DNA from: Bugula neritina
Taxonomy: Eukaryota; Animalia; Bryozoa
Direction of reading: 5' to 3'
Assembly (NCBI GenBank): GCA_964035545.1
Contig: OZ037766.1
Coordinates: 3,710,722-3,774,721, forward strand
Length of the DNA stretch: 64,000 bases
The translations under genes were made by a program, and so were the position numbers. The notes below the pieces were generated by a model. The model saw nothing but the letters and a program-made list of their open reading frames with translations, did not search any database and was not told where the DNA came from. This document shows positions 47,601 to 59,175 of this stretch, in pieces. The stretch's first letter is position 1; every line of letters starts with the position of its first letter.

Positions 47601-48696
47601 TACTCCTGCAAGGCGACTAATTGCAATTGATCTCCCCTAAAGGTTAGCATTAGTGCTAACTTTGCCTGGCTTGTCTATACATGACAGCAGCAGCAGCAGC
47701 GGCAGCAGCATAAGATAAGTGACTTACTGTTGCCTGTCAAAAGGGAACATCTGTATGTTCAGCTCACATGTAGTGTGGTACGTGCCTCCTGGCACCCACA
47801 ATACTTTTCCTTCGTAGTCGACAACACATCTGAACTCATTCTTTATCATAGAGGAGTGGTAGATTGATGCACTAAAAATAAACGAAGTATGCAATTGCAT
47901 TTTTATTCTTGTCACATAATGCAAATGGTCATCTAAACATACTAAATAAATTTACTTTCATCCTTTACTATGTATAGAGGTCCTTGACTGATCTTTTTAC
48001 TAGAATAAAATCTGTCTTATGGAAACAAGCCTGATGAGATATTGACGAGGGTGTCAAACAGATGGTATAGTGTAGAATAAATAATTTTTTTCATAAAGCT
48101 GCATATGTCAAGTAAAGGTAAAGCAGAAATTGTGATTTAGATACTTTTCTGTTGCTTTAAAACATTTTTTTGCAATAACAATAAAGCAGATTATAATGAG
48201 TAAATAGAGAAGACTAAATAAAGTTGTGAAAAAACAAGAGTGTAATATGTGACTGTTTAAAAAGACGAAGATAAAGGTAGCTGCAGCTAGCATGCTACAC
48301 TGTCAACTGCTAAAACTTTGAATTTCATCTAAAAGTAGCACATTATTACTGCAGAACTAAGCCAAGGTCAAGTCTCTTTAGTCTCAACCATAGCTGCAGC
48401 AGGCCTATATGCACTTCTTTGCTTTAGACTTAATATAACAGAACAAGTCTAGTCAAATCACAGCTAATGCGCTCAAAGAATTCAAGTTAAGTCTAAGTCA
48501 AGCCAATGTTTGACTTGATTTGCAAGTGCATTATCAAGTCAACACACTACCACTAGCTTTTTATGAATCTAACACACTCACACTCACACTCACACTCACA
48601 CTCACACTCACACTCACACTCACACTCACACTCACGCTCACACTCACACTCACACTCACACTCACACTCACACTCACACTCACACTCACACTCACA

Positions 48697-48793
<97 letters not shown>

Positions 48794-51700
48794 GTTGAGA
48801 AAGCCGATGTCAGGAAGCCAGAGGTCTCTAGAAGGAATCACTGTACTACTTCTGTTGTAAATTGTAACATTCCACTTTAGTCTGTTGTCTTGCCATTCCT
48901 TGAAAGTAAACAATGGGTAGAGCAGTCTAGTGTAAAAATCTAAATTGCTTAAATTCAATGTTTCCATGGATGTTATGTTATATCATAAGACAGTTCTCCA
49001 ATACTATACAATATCAAGCTTAGTGCTTAGAGTATAATTCATTTGCTTTTCATTTTATTCTATTTTAATGACTGATTTCCTAGCCACATATTATTGTTAA
49101 TATTTTGATTATTAAGACTAGATTATACACAGCAGCACCCTAAGCAGCAGCCTAATCAACACCCTAATCAGCACCCTAAGAGGCACCCTAAGAGGCAGCC
49201 TAAGCAGTTACGGTGGTAAATATTCTAATGCTTTCTACCCAATACTTGCTTTTTAACTTCAATAGATTGACTTAACACATAAGGCAATATAATCTATAGA
49301 TCCCATATACTGGACACAAATGATAAACTTGGCCTAAGGTGTAATAAATGCATTTAAACACACTCATGACGGAGCTGGGCATTTTAACTCAATTATAGAC
49401 ATGTAAAAAGTTTTGTTGTTATACAACCATTGCCATAGCGAAATCTAAGGGTTTACTTGGAAAAAATTTCTTTCTTTTAAACAGTTAGCAACTATGCGAC
49501 CCACATTTTACTCTCCATTGTTTCACTATAATATTATACTTGACACGCCAAATATATCATAATATAGTTTGCTCAGCTGCATTCATATATTTATGGTTCA
49601 ATAAATTTACAATATTATATGTTGAACACATCAAAAGATAGTGTTTAGCTTGTTCTTTTCCTGCCTTTATTTCATATAAACAAAAATATTGATAAATATT
49701 TGATGTAATTTCTATGCCAGAAATCTATTGGGATTTGAGCATGCGCTATCGAGAAACACTTGTCCTTTGAATCAAATAAAAATGCCTTCTGTTATTAAAA
49801 GCTCAACACAACTGCATAATACTAAAATATTAGAGATGTTTTGTGGCATAGAAATGTGTATGCATGCATACTTTATAGTTATACCAAACAATAGCAATGT
49901 TGAGAATTTACATCAAAAAAGTTTCTTTCAACTGCTTATAAAAAAGTTGTAAAACAATACTAGATGCGTTTTGTGAAGAATAAGAAAATAACCATTGAAC
50001 AAAAAATTCTCATTTAGAAACTCGTATCACGTGTATATTAAAGTGCACTTAATATATATTTTATTGCAAAATGCTGCAAAGCTGAACATTGTAACATTAC
50101 TGAGTAGGTATAGTATTATAACACACGATTGAAAGGTATATTACATAAAAAGAACTCTTATTTCAAACATGCAGAACATCAAAGAACTTTGCAAATTGCT
50201 GCAATTATAATATTTTAACATCATAATGTTGAAAGTTCTTTTAGCCACAGTTTCTATATATACCCCAGCATTTACTCTGTGAAAATTATCTATATCAATC
50301 AATCTATCAATCAATCTATATTCTTGAAAATTTATTTAGTGTTTATTGCTTTTTGGGACAGCAAACAGGTGTAATATTTCAGCAAATATTTCTATCAAAA
50401 TTTGGTTAATAAACCAATTGATACCAGATTGTATAAAATGTCTTCAAATGAAACAAATTTACTATCAAGGTCATTTATTTAATGTTAGATGATAACGGCC
50501 TGCAGCTCTAGCTGTCTACGCTAGCTATATAATAATATTTTATATATGAAAACTCAGCGATCTGTTGCGTGGGTAATACGGCAAAATAACTCAATCAATA
50601 AAACATGTATGCTCAGTAGAAGCTTTATGAAATCTATTGACTTTTCATTTTTCACCTATGCAATATTTTATCACATTTTTGTAGTGGCTTTTCATAATTA
50701 GCTGCATTTCTTAAATCTGTACATTTGATATACTTTGCGGACAACGTGTATTTTTATAAAACAAACTTAAAGCCACATTTTTAGTAAAGCTAAACAGTTG
50801 AGTAAGCAAACCCTAAAAATAAAGTATTATAATAATATAAAATCTAATATTAGATACTTAATGCATTGCAATACAGAAGTTTCGCTCTACTACACATGCA
50901 GCCATTTTAACAAATTTATATATTTAAAGGAACTCTGTTCACTATTGATTTGGTATCCTGTGCTATATAATTACACTAGCAGCTGCTACACCATATTAGA
51001 CAGCATTATGCTTAGGGAAAGATTCTTTCTACTAAGTGTAATATAACAGTTGATATTTGTTCATTGTTTATTTATTCTATTATTAACTTTAGTGAGAGAA
51101 TTATAGATAATATAGGATGTCACCCAAAAGAAGGCAATGATGGCGCCCATTATTGTGTAGATAGCAAAGCTAGGCCCCCTATAATGATTAAATTATAGTA
51201 ATAATTATTCATTTTTTTATTTGAAGATTATATGTTTATTCCATGAAGAGTAATTGAATAATATCCTAACAGCGAAACAGCAGTGGAGATCACAGGACTA
51301 GAGTCATTTGAAAAACATTTGCAAGGCTTCACCCCTCATAAGTTCCTTATAGGTTCCAAGTTTCTGATAAAAAATTGATTTGATGGACAGATAGAAATCA
51401 AATTATAGCAAACAAAGAAATAGCACGTGCCTGGAAACATTGAGCTATGTTGCTGGGAGGTGCTAAAACCTTGCTGTGATTAGAAATCATTAGCTATCAA
51501 AATGCTTTAATCAGTTAAATGCATTGATTCTGTAACATTATTAAGTTACTAGAAATACTCGAACCTCAAGAAAGCCTTACGTACTGACCAGAGGCCAGCT
51601 GTATGCTGTGTAACGATTGTTTACACGGCATACCCTCATGAGACTACTGCTTCTGGTGAGAGAAAAAGTTGCAAAACTATTATTTGCACAGACTTATTGC

Positions 51701-54700
51701 CTGGTCACCAGAGTTGCACTGGAGAGAATTCTAGTATAATTTTCAGCTCTTGTTTAAAAAACCCTTTCTAAGAGTTTAAGCAAATCTTAGAAATTAGCTA
51801 AGATTTTCAAAAGTTTGAATAACAAGTTAAGAACAACATAAATATTAAAAGTTGCAAAATCTGGAAATATGTCACTTTTGAGTTCCCACCATTAATTTCT
51901 TTACTTAGAATATAGTCTTTAATTAAACTACAACAGACAGGTGCTGACAGCGTTTTTCACTAATTACAAGTTGCTAATTGTGAGTTGGTATTTGCATTAC
52001 ATTTCAAAATTTTCTATGCAAATTGCCTTTTAATTACATGTCGAAAACAGAGTTTTAATATATTATTATATGTTTTTCTTGACAGCTTGAAAGCAGTAAC
52101 AAATAAAAATATCCTGCATTATTAGTATTATTATTTTTTTGACCTACAAAATAATAGCAGCATCAGTATTGGCATACTTGCGTAGTTGTAATAACCAGAC
52201 TAGTATTTAATGCAGTTGATTGGTTTTAGAAGTGGTATGCATACACAGCAGGCCAATATACTCTCTACCCCGTTGAACATTGACAATGTTATAGTTATAG
52301 CCCAAGAAACATTAAAGAATCCATAAAAACACTTCATTTATGTAGTACTAAATTATTCTTAGCTTTCATCTACATACAGCTTTATGGCTGTATGCTCAAA
52401 CAACTTTGTTTTCAAATATATTTCGCATCATATGTGCTGAATTGATTTGGGAGTTTTCATTCCTAGCATATGTGGCAGGCTTTGGCTTTGCTGCTATTAT
52501 AAAATTTATACTAAATATAGCTAACCTTCATTGCATGCTATTTTCAGCTTCTGCACTCTCAGCCTAATCACTAATATGGCTTGAAAGTTCAAACTTTGAA
52601 GTTTTGATATATTAATAGTACAGCCTACAGTTATGGACTCTAACAAACACCCTTTTCCCTCTAACTTTCAACTAGTTGACCTCAGACTAAGATACATGGG
52701 GGAAGGGTCAATAGTCAATTTATGTTTGCTAATGGTGTGACCAAAAGTAGTTAATCATAGATTTAGGGATAGACTGATAAGCAGTAGCGAAACATCTGCA
52801 CATGTACACTTTACAGTCTAACATTTTCGTTTTCTATAAAGCGCTAAAATAATCATTGATTAGCAATTTTATTCCTTTGATACTCACCACCTGAAACCAG
52901 CCAGAAGAAGTCAGCATCTGCTTTTTCTCATCCTACAAGTAACATAATACCATTTGTAAATATTCTAGAATAGTGTACTGTAAGAAGAAATCAGCTAAAA
53001 TGGCTATTTACACTGTAAAGTAACGTAAAACATTAAACACTGCGTTTACTAACCATGGCCATGGCCAAACCTCTAAACATTGCGTGATGAAGAAAATGGT
53101 ATTGCATTACTTCTATTTCAGACATAATATGTCTATAAATGAGAGTGAGTTGAAGATGGGGTTGGAGTTGTTATTCAACAATGGGACTTAGTAGGCAGCA
53201 AAAACATATTTGGAAAAAAATCACACCATATACTGTCATGATCATGTTGGGCAGTTGTATTTAGAAACATTAAATCATAGGTAGTATAATGTAGAAAAAC
53301 ATAATAGCAGTAAGGGCATTTTTACCATTACCCTATAGCAGAAATTTTGTTATGTAACTGGTAATGCAACACTATCGAAAACTTCTTGCTTTTTTTTCAA
53401 CATAATGTGTGTGTTTCTGTAAAGTCAAATTTCAATTATGATTTGATTAGTTTATATTTACATAGATATTGACTTTAGTAATATAGTTGCTTTTGAAATT
53501 TTTTTGTTTGTTTTTGATACAAATCACCACATCTTACAGTAGCTACGTGACTACTAACTTATTGTAAAAAGAAAACAGAGTGTCAACCTATTGAATTTCA
53601 CTGCATGTAGATTCCCACACAATATTCAAATATTGACAAGTCTTCTACAGGGCTATTTCAACAAAAGCTCATGCTTAGATTAACATGTGCCAAGTGTAAA
53701 AAGTAAATTAATATTATACTACATAAGTTACAATATTACTGTTGCTGCTAATAAGAAAAAGTTACATTCTCTAATTATTGCAATTAGACTTGCGAATTAA
53801 ATCTGAGATATTTTTAGTAGTGTTTGCAAAGAAATGTTTATTAACATTTAGGCTAAAAACAACATAAATTCTCTTCATCTTTTGAATACTATATCATCAA
53901 GCGTTTGCTTAGTGAACACAAAGTCATGGGTTTGAACCTCGACAAAGGCTATTGCTAATGTTAGGAAGAGCATCCAGTCATAATTACTCCTGTGCCTCAT
54001 CTGAACAAGTCCTTAGCCCAATTTAACAAAAAACCTTTCCATCAGGGGTTTCTCACAGGGATAGCGACTATAAACTTGCGTGAGTTTTTTAAATATTGCA
54101 CCATGAGTACACTATCAAGTCAATCTAATAGCTATTTATAAATAAAAAATCGTGACATCATCAACTGTTACATAATAGTCAGATTGCAATTTCTAAGAGG
54201 ATATATTCAATAGACTGCATGCAACTAGATAATTTGCCTTCCTTGATTTAGAATTTAGATGATATACGTTATGATAAACACCTTGTAGAATTTTAGGTCT
54301 AATTATGTAATCAAGAAAATAAATATAGTCTAAATAATTACTTATTAGAGGTTGTTTGGTCTACACTATATCAGTTGATTAAATAAACATGAGGTATGGT
54401 TAGTATTTTAATAAATTATCCTCATTAATTTCTCTTCATTATAAGATTACATTACATCACTGGCATAAATGTTGTCTGCAACTCTCTATCTAAACAGATA
54501 GATAAAAACTATTTACATTCAATACTTTACTTTGGCATTATAGTCTAAACTCTAAAGCATTTTCTTTGAGCTTATGTGCATGTACACAAATTTCAAAATG
54601 TCACCTCTTATTACAAAGAATATTTGAAACTGTAACTAATTATAATATATACCACAAGCTTTTACAGACTAATATATATTCGGTTACTTTTGTAGCTTAG

Positions 54701-55779
54701 GTAATTAAAATTTTGACTTGGGAAGCAATGCTAGTTTTATAAATTGAAACATGAAGCCCTGTATAGCTCCTAAGTTTGGTAGAACTAAGGCTACTGCATA
54801 CACGGGAGGGGGGAGGGGGAGACCCATGAAGCTGCATACTAATTAGGTGTTGCCGCTGTAAGCACCATTAACAACATAGGCTATAACTTTATGCCAGGAA
54901 TTTTATCATCTTACTACTCTTCATTCGCATGCAGATACCAGAATAGTGCTCGAGTAGGGGGAGATAACTTCTATCAAGAATGATCTGACTCACCAGACTA
55001 TGTAGCTGTACAAGGGTGAAGCCAACTTTAACATCTAGAGGGCCATTATCCACTCTTGATATTACTCTGTTATCATAACCTTCCATGATGTATTTTAGGA
55101 GCAGCGTGTCCGGTGAAGAGGCTAAAGAAAGACATATTTGGCAAGATTATGACAAACAGTGAAATTTACTTCTTATTAGGAAATAAGCTAAATACACTAG
55201 TTGGGAATTATTACATTGCTAGTATAAGAAATAAACATGAGATACTAGCACTTTGCATGATTGGTTTAATCATTTGGATGAGGCTTCAAATGATTAAAGG
55301 GATTGTCAATAATTTATCAAGTGATGTAGTAGATGAGAATACAGGTGTTGCAACATATAGGCTTACAACGCAAGGAGTTTCCATGTAATCAATCTATATG
55401 TGTTTTTACTTACCTGTGACAACCGTGAACTTACTTACCTGTAACTACCCCATGACTAATGCTAGTAAAGTTTGATAATTCTTACCCAACTATAAACTTT
55501 AAAACTACAGCCAACAACAAATATAATGGCAATACTTTTGCTAATATACTGAACTATAAAGAGTTATCAGTATTATTTCAATAAAAAGATTTACAAGCAA
55601 GCCTGCATGGTACTCCAACTGAGGTTCACAAAGATGTGCAGTGAATTTAGAAGCATAATGTAAAAAAGTTGATTTGAAATTAAAAACTTACCTTTAGCAG
55701 TGCGAACATAATAAAAGTTTGAAAGTAAGTAGAGAATAATAATAAGCATAGGTTTCTCTAATGTTCTTTGAAAATCCAT
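44612..55779 (-). CDS. Nicotinic acetylcholine receptor alpha-type subunit (alpha9/10-like Cys-loop cation channel), ~527 aa
   Basis: 8 exons (minus strand): 55779-55692, 55121-54994, 52932-52888 (45 bp), 48898-48792, 47871-47728, 46989-46858, 46208-45940, 45282-44612. Cys-loop CELNIQMFPFDRQHC, WLPDI, loop B NWAY, vicinal cysteines YDCC, M2 GEKISLGITLLLSFTVFQLIVAESIP, pre-M4 EWKAVAKVFDRLFF. Confidence 0.95.
47684..47710. repeat. Short (CAG)n/(CTG)n repeat just inside nAChR intron 5
   Basis: CAGCAGCAGCAGCAGCGGCAGCAGCA, ~17 nt from the donor at 47727. Confidence 0.85.
48572..48791. repeat. Compound microsatellite (CACTCA)n + (CA)n abutting the nAChR exon 4 donor
   Basis: On the transcribed (minus) strand: exon ...AACAG|GTGTGT...(GT)n then (GAGTGT)n. 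Confidence 0.98.
49130..49208. repeat. 12-bp tandem repeat (GCAGCACCCTAA-like, ~6 units)
   Basis: Directly visible. Confidence 0.85.
53900..54075 (+). mobile_element. Possible degenerate tRNA-derived SINE
   Basis: B-box-like GGGTTTGAACCTC at ~53928 followed by GTTAGGAAGAGCATCCAGTC, resembling the AGGAAGGGCATCC block seen in some invertebrate SINEs. Recognised from memory only. Confidence 0.4.
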
Positions 55780-57757
55780 TATAATGTTGATAGTCTGAAG
55801 TTATGCAACTAAATGCGTTTTCCTGCCAACTGTAAGCATATATTAGTGTAAGTCACACTTATCTAAGATGAAACATGTCTAGCCACGTCCAAGTTTCAAC
55901 CTATAACTAAATGAGAAAAAACATTGTGTGAATGCAGTCGGTTATTGGAACGACTGCAGCTGCGGGTCTTATAACTTATCTTATTTAGAATTAATCTATG
56001 TCAGTTATGTATTGATTTTGGATTGAGCTATTGAATTAGAAGATCTATGTTATACCCTGCACCAATACAATAATATTGTGCCTAGCATCATACAATGACA
56101 GGCCTGTTGTTTTATGTGACTAATTGACAATTTGCTCAGAACCTATGAGCAAGGAAAATGGAAGAGAAATGTCACCTCACAACCACCAATTAACTCGTGT
56201 GAAATCAAATAGTGCACATGAATAAACAAAGGGTGGTGTAGTGTGTCTTACTATATTATTGAATAACAAATATAAAATTTATTTGTTTTTTGCTGTCTGT
56301 TTAATAACAATACATAGTTAATTCTTCTAATTGTTTAAATTGTCCATCATTGAAGTCTAGGTACCATATATTTTATTACTATATGACTTCTGATATTGGT
56401 TATAGTCTCTGGGCATCAAAAAGTCACGTCTGAAGTTCCCAATAACTAATATTATGATGTAGATTGTAGACTATATAAGTGGCGGATGGGAAAGGGGGGA
56501 GCAATTACCATCATACATCAATGGATATATGCTTGTATATTATGTTTAATTTAGCATCTACTTCCCTTTATGCAAACAAACAAAATATTGCAATATAAAA
56601 TAACAACTCACTTATATAGGAAGATCAGCTTAGCTTATGACTTAATTTATTTGTTATTTTTAGATATGTATATATCCTTATTTATTTACTATTCAGAAAC
56701 ATGTTTACCAAAAATTCTGTTGTTAAATTAAACCAAATAAAGCCGAAAGAGATTTAGAAAGGTAGCCAAATGGTGGGCACCTATGAAGTGCCAAATCTTT
56801 GACCATTTGGCACTCCATACTATATATATACCTATACCTACATTACATTTATTTTTGCTATTAACAAGTTGATGTATTATAAATCACTTTTGAGACTCAA
56901 TTAAAGCAACTTGAATTGAGCATTAATAGCGAGCTTGTGATCCTGTATCAGTATGCAACTGATTATCATTGCTAAAATAGGATTTTTTATTTAGTAAAAG
57001 CCTTAAAAGCAGGTGCAATAGAAAATGTCATAAATAAATTGATCGTCCTTTTTAAAGAGAGCGATAGTTCAGTGGAGTGTACAAGTTAATTTAGTTAACA
57101 AATTGCACTTTTTATAGCCATGTACTTTTAAAATTATAGTTTAAATTCGTTTGATATTTTTTGTACACCAACATTAATAATGATAATACAAAGAGTTCAC
57201 AGGTGTTGCAGTCAACTACATTAGTTCTTATTTTTTATATATACACATGTTTAATCTATAAATTACTCACTTTGAATTGGTCATCAGAAAAAGTTTTCTC
57301 AATTTTGCAAATCACAATAGTTCATTCAATATCGTACATCAAGCAAAGTGTAATTATATTGTATTTATAACTAGAAGCTAGTTAAAGTTAAAGGGGAAAA
57401 TAACTCCTTATCTTTTCAGTCAATTTAGTCACTAACAAGCAAACTGCAAAGTAATTATTTTTGCTATTTAGCTGTATGCGCTCAAACCAACAATTGTAAA
57501 AAGTAATTATTTGTTCTTGCCTAGTGTATAGGTAATTGAATGAGTGCTATTGCCATAATTCATAGCGTTTAGTTATGAAAAGGAAGTACATTCTATTGCC
57601 CATATTAAAAGTTATATCATTTATAATTTATGTGATATATGGTAGACATAAGGCTACAGGCCTATAAAATTGTGTTAGCAGTTTTTAAATGCTCTAGAGT
57701 CTAAACTATGTATGAAATACTATTATAAAAATGATGTGCACATCAAATTGTGCAAAA

Positions 57758-57769
57758 TTTTCGCGCAAA
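57758..57769. promoter_or_regulatory. E2F-like site (TTTTCGCGCAAA) in a CpG-containing patch; candidate promoter of the CCDC82-like gene
   Basis: Matches the TTTSSCGC consensus; lies in the divergent intergenic interval between the nAChR and CCDC82-like genes, in otherwise CpG-poor DNA. Confidence 0.35.
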
Positions 57770-57984
57770 TTCTTGCGGTGCCTCGCAGCAAGATAACTTG
57801 TTTCTTAGGGTTGCTTTCACTTGTTTAAAGCAATGGCAATCTTTATAACATATCGAGTTCTTACAAGACTTTACGGCGATTTGGTTGTCAACAATTAAGG
57901 CATTTAATTAAATGTCTTCTTGTAGCCAATTTTAAAAGGTTAAAAGTAACAGGATGTTATGTTCTAAGATCTAAATCAAAGTGT

Positions 57985-58915
57985 TAAGTACTACCAAGTC
58001 AATTGGTATTACTTATTACCCTTACACTTACAGTAATACTAATACTAATAGACTAATAGTAATACTAATACTAATAGTAATACTCACTCTCAGTAATACT
58101 AATAGTAATAGTAATACTCTAATACTAATAGTAATAGTAATATTACTCAATATTAGTATTACTATTACTATTAGTATTACTTAATACTAATAGTTAATAC
58201 TAGCTATTACTATTACTATTATAACATTAGTAATTAACTAATAGTATAACTCATTACATTAACTTAATCAGTGATTAACTGTAACTATAGCTTAGCCCTA
58301 TGAGTTATGAGTATTAGTATAACTATATCATATAATTATATGTGATTGCACTTACTTTTATTTTTACTTCTAGTGGTTTACAATTTACATTTAGCTTTAC
58401 TGAAGACAAACTCATAGTGAAAAGTGAAATTGGAAGTTTAACTCAAAGTGGAAGTAAAAGTCAAAGATAGTCATAATCATAATGATATTGATAATTAATG
58501 ATTATAAATAATAAAAATACTGCGATAATCATACATTTATGATCATAATGATAACTTAGCCTTATAACCATAATGATAATGAGATGATATTGAATGATAT
58601 TCACATTGAGTAAGACAATAAATGTAATACTAATGGTAATAGTATTAGTAGCTATTACTAATATTAGTAATACTAATAGTAATACTGAATCTAATGGTCA
58701 CAAACTGTAAGTGATAGTCTAGTACTATTAATATATTACTATTAGTATTGCTTATTTGCTATAACTAATGCATTCACTATTAAATTTAATGAAAGTATTA
58801 CTCATAGTAACACTTCTACTAATAGTAATAGTTATTGTTATAATTATGGTACAACTACGAGTACATTGGTAATAATACTAATAGTGATAGTTGAAATCAG
58901 TATGAGTATCATTTA
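57985..58915. repeat. Degenerate hexamer-periodic tract (ATAGTA/ATACTA-type) upstream of the CCDC82-like CDS
   Basis: Visible periodicity; shares TAGTCATAATCATAATGATA (58468) with 18971 and TCAGTATGAGTATCA (58897) with 19631. Confidence 0.78.
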
Positions 58916-59175
58916 TAGTTTCCTACGAATGGAATTTTAAGCCTATTCCTTATTGTTTATACAATTAGTTTGCTAGAACTTTTATTGTCAACGATGGTGT
59001 TAACGAGGCAACTAATGAGTTTTCAGGCAAATATATTGTTTTCACAAATGGTAAAAAAGATGCCTTTCAATGATACTAAATATAAACCAAATATTCAGCA
59101 ATAAAAGTTTGTTCTTCTCACACTCTATTATTGGTATTTTCTTATTAGTCAGGTTATCTGTATGTTTAGTCGACC

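Noticed and set aside
48520-48880. HSHS/THTH/CECE ORFs
   Set aside because: Microsatellite translations; only 48792-48898 (minus strand) is a real exon.
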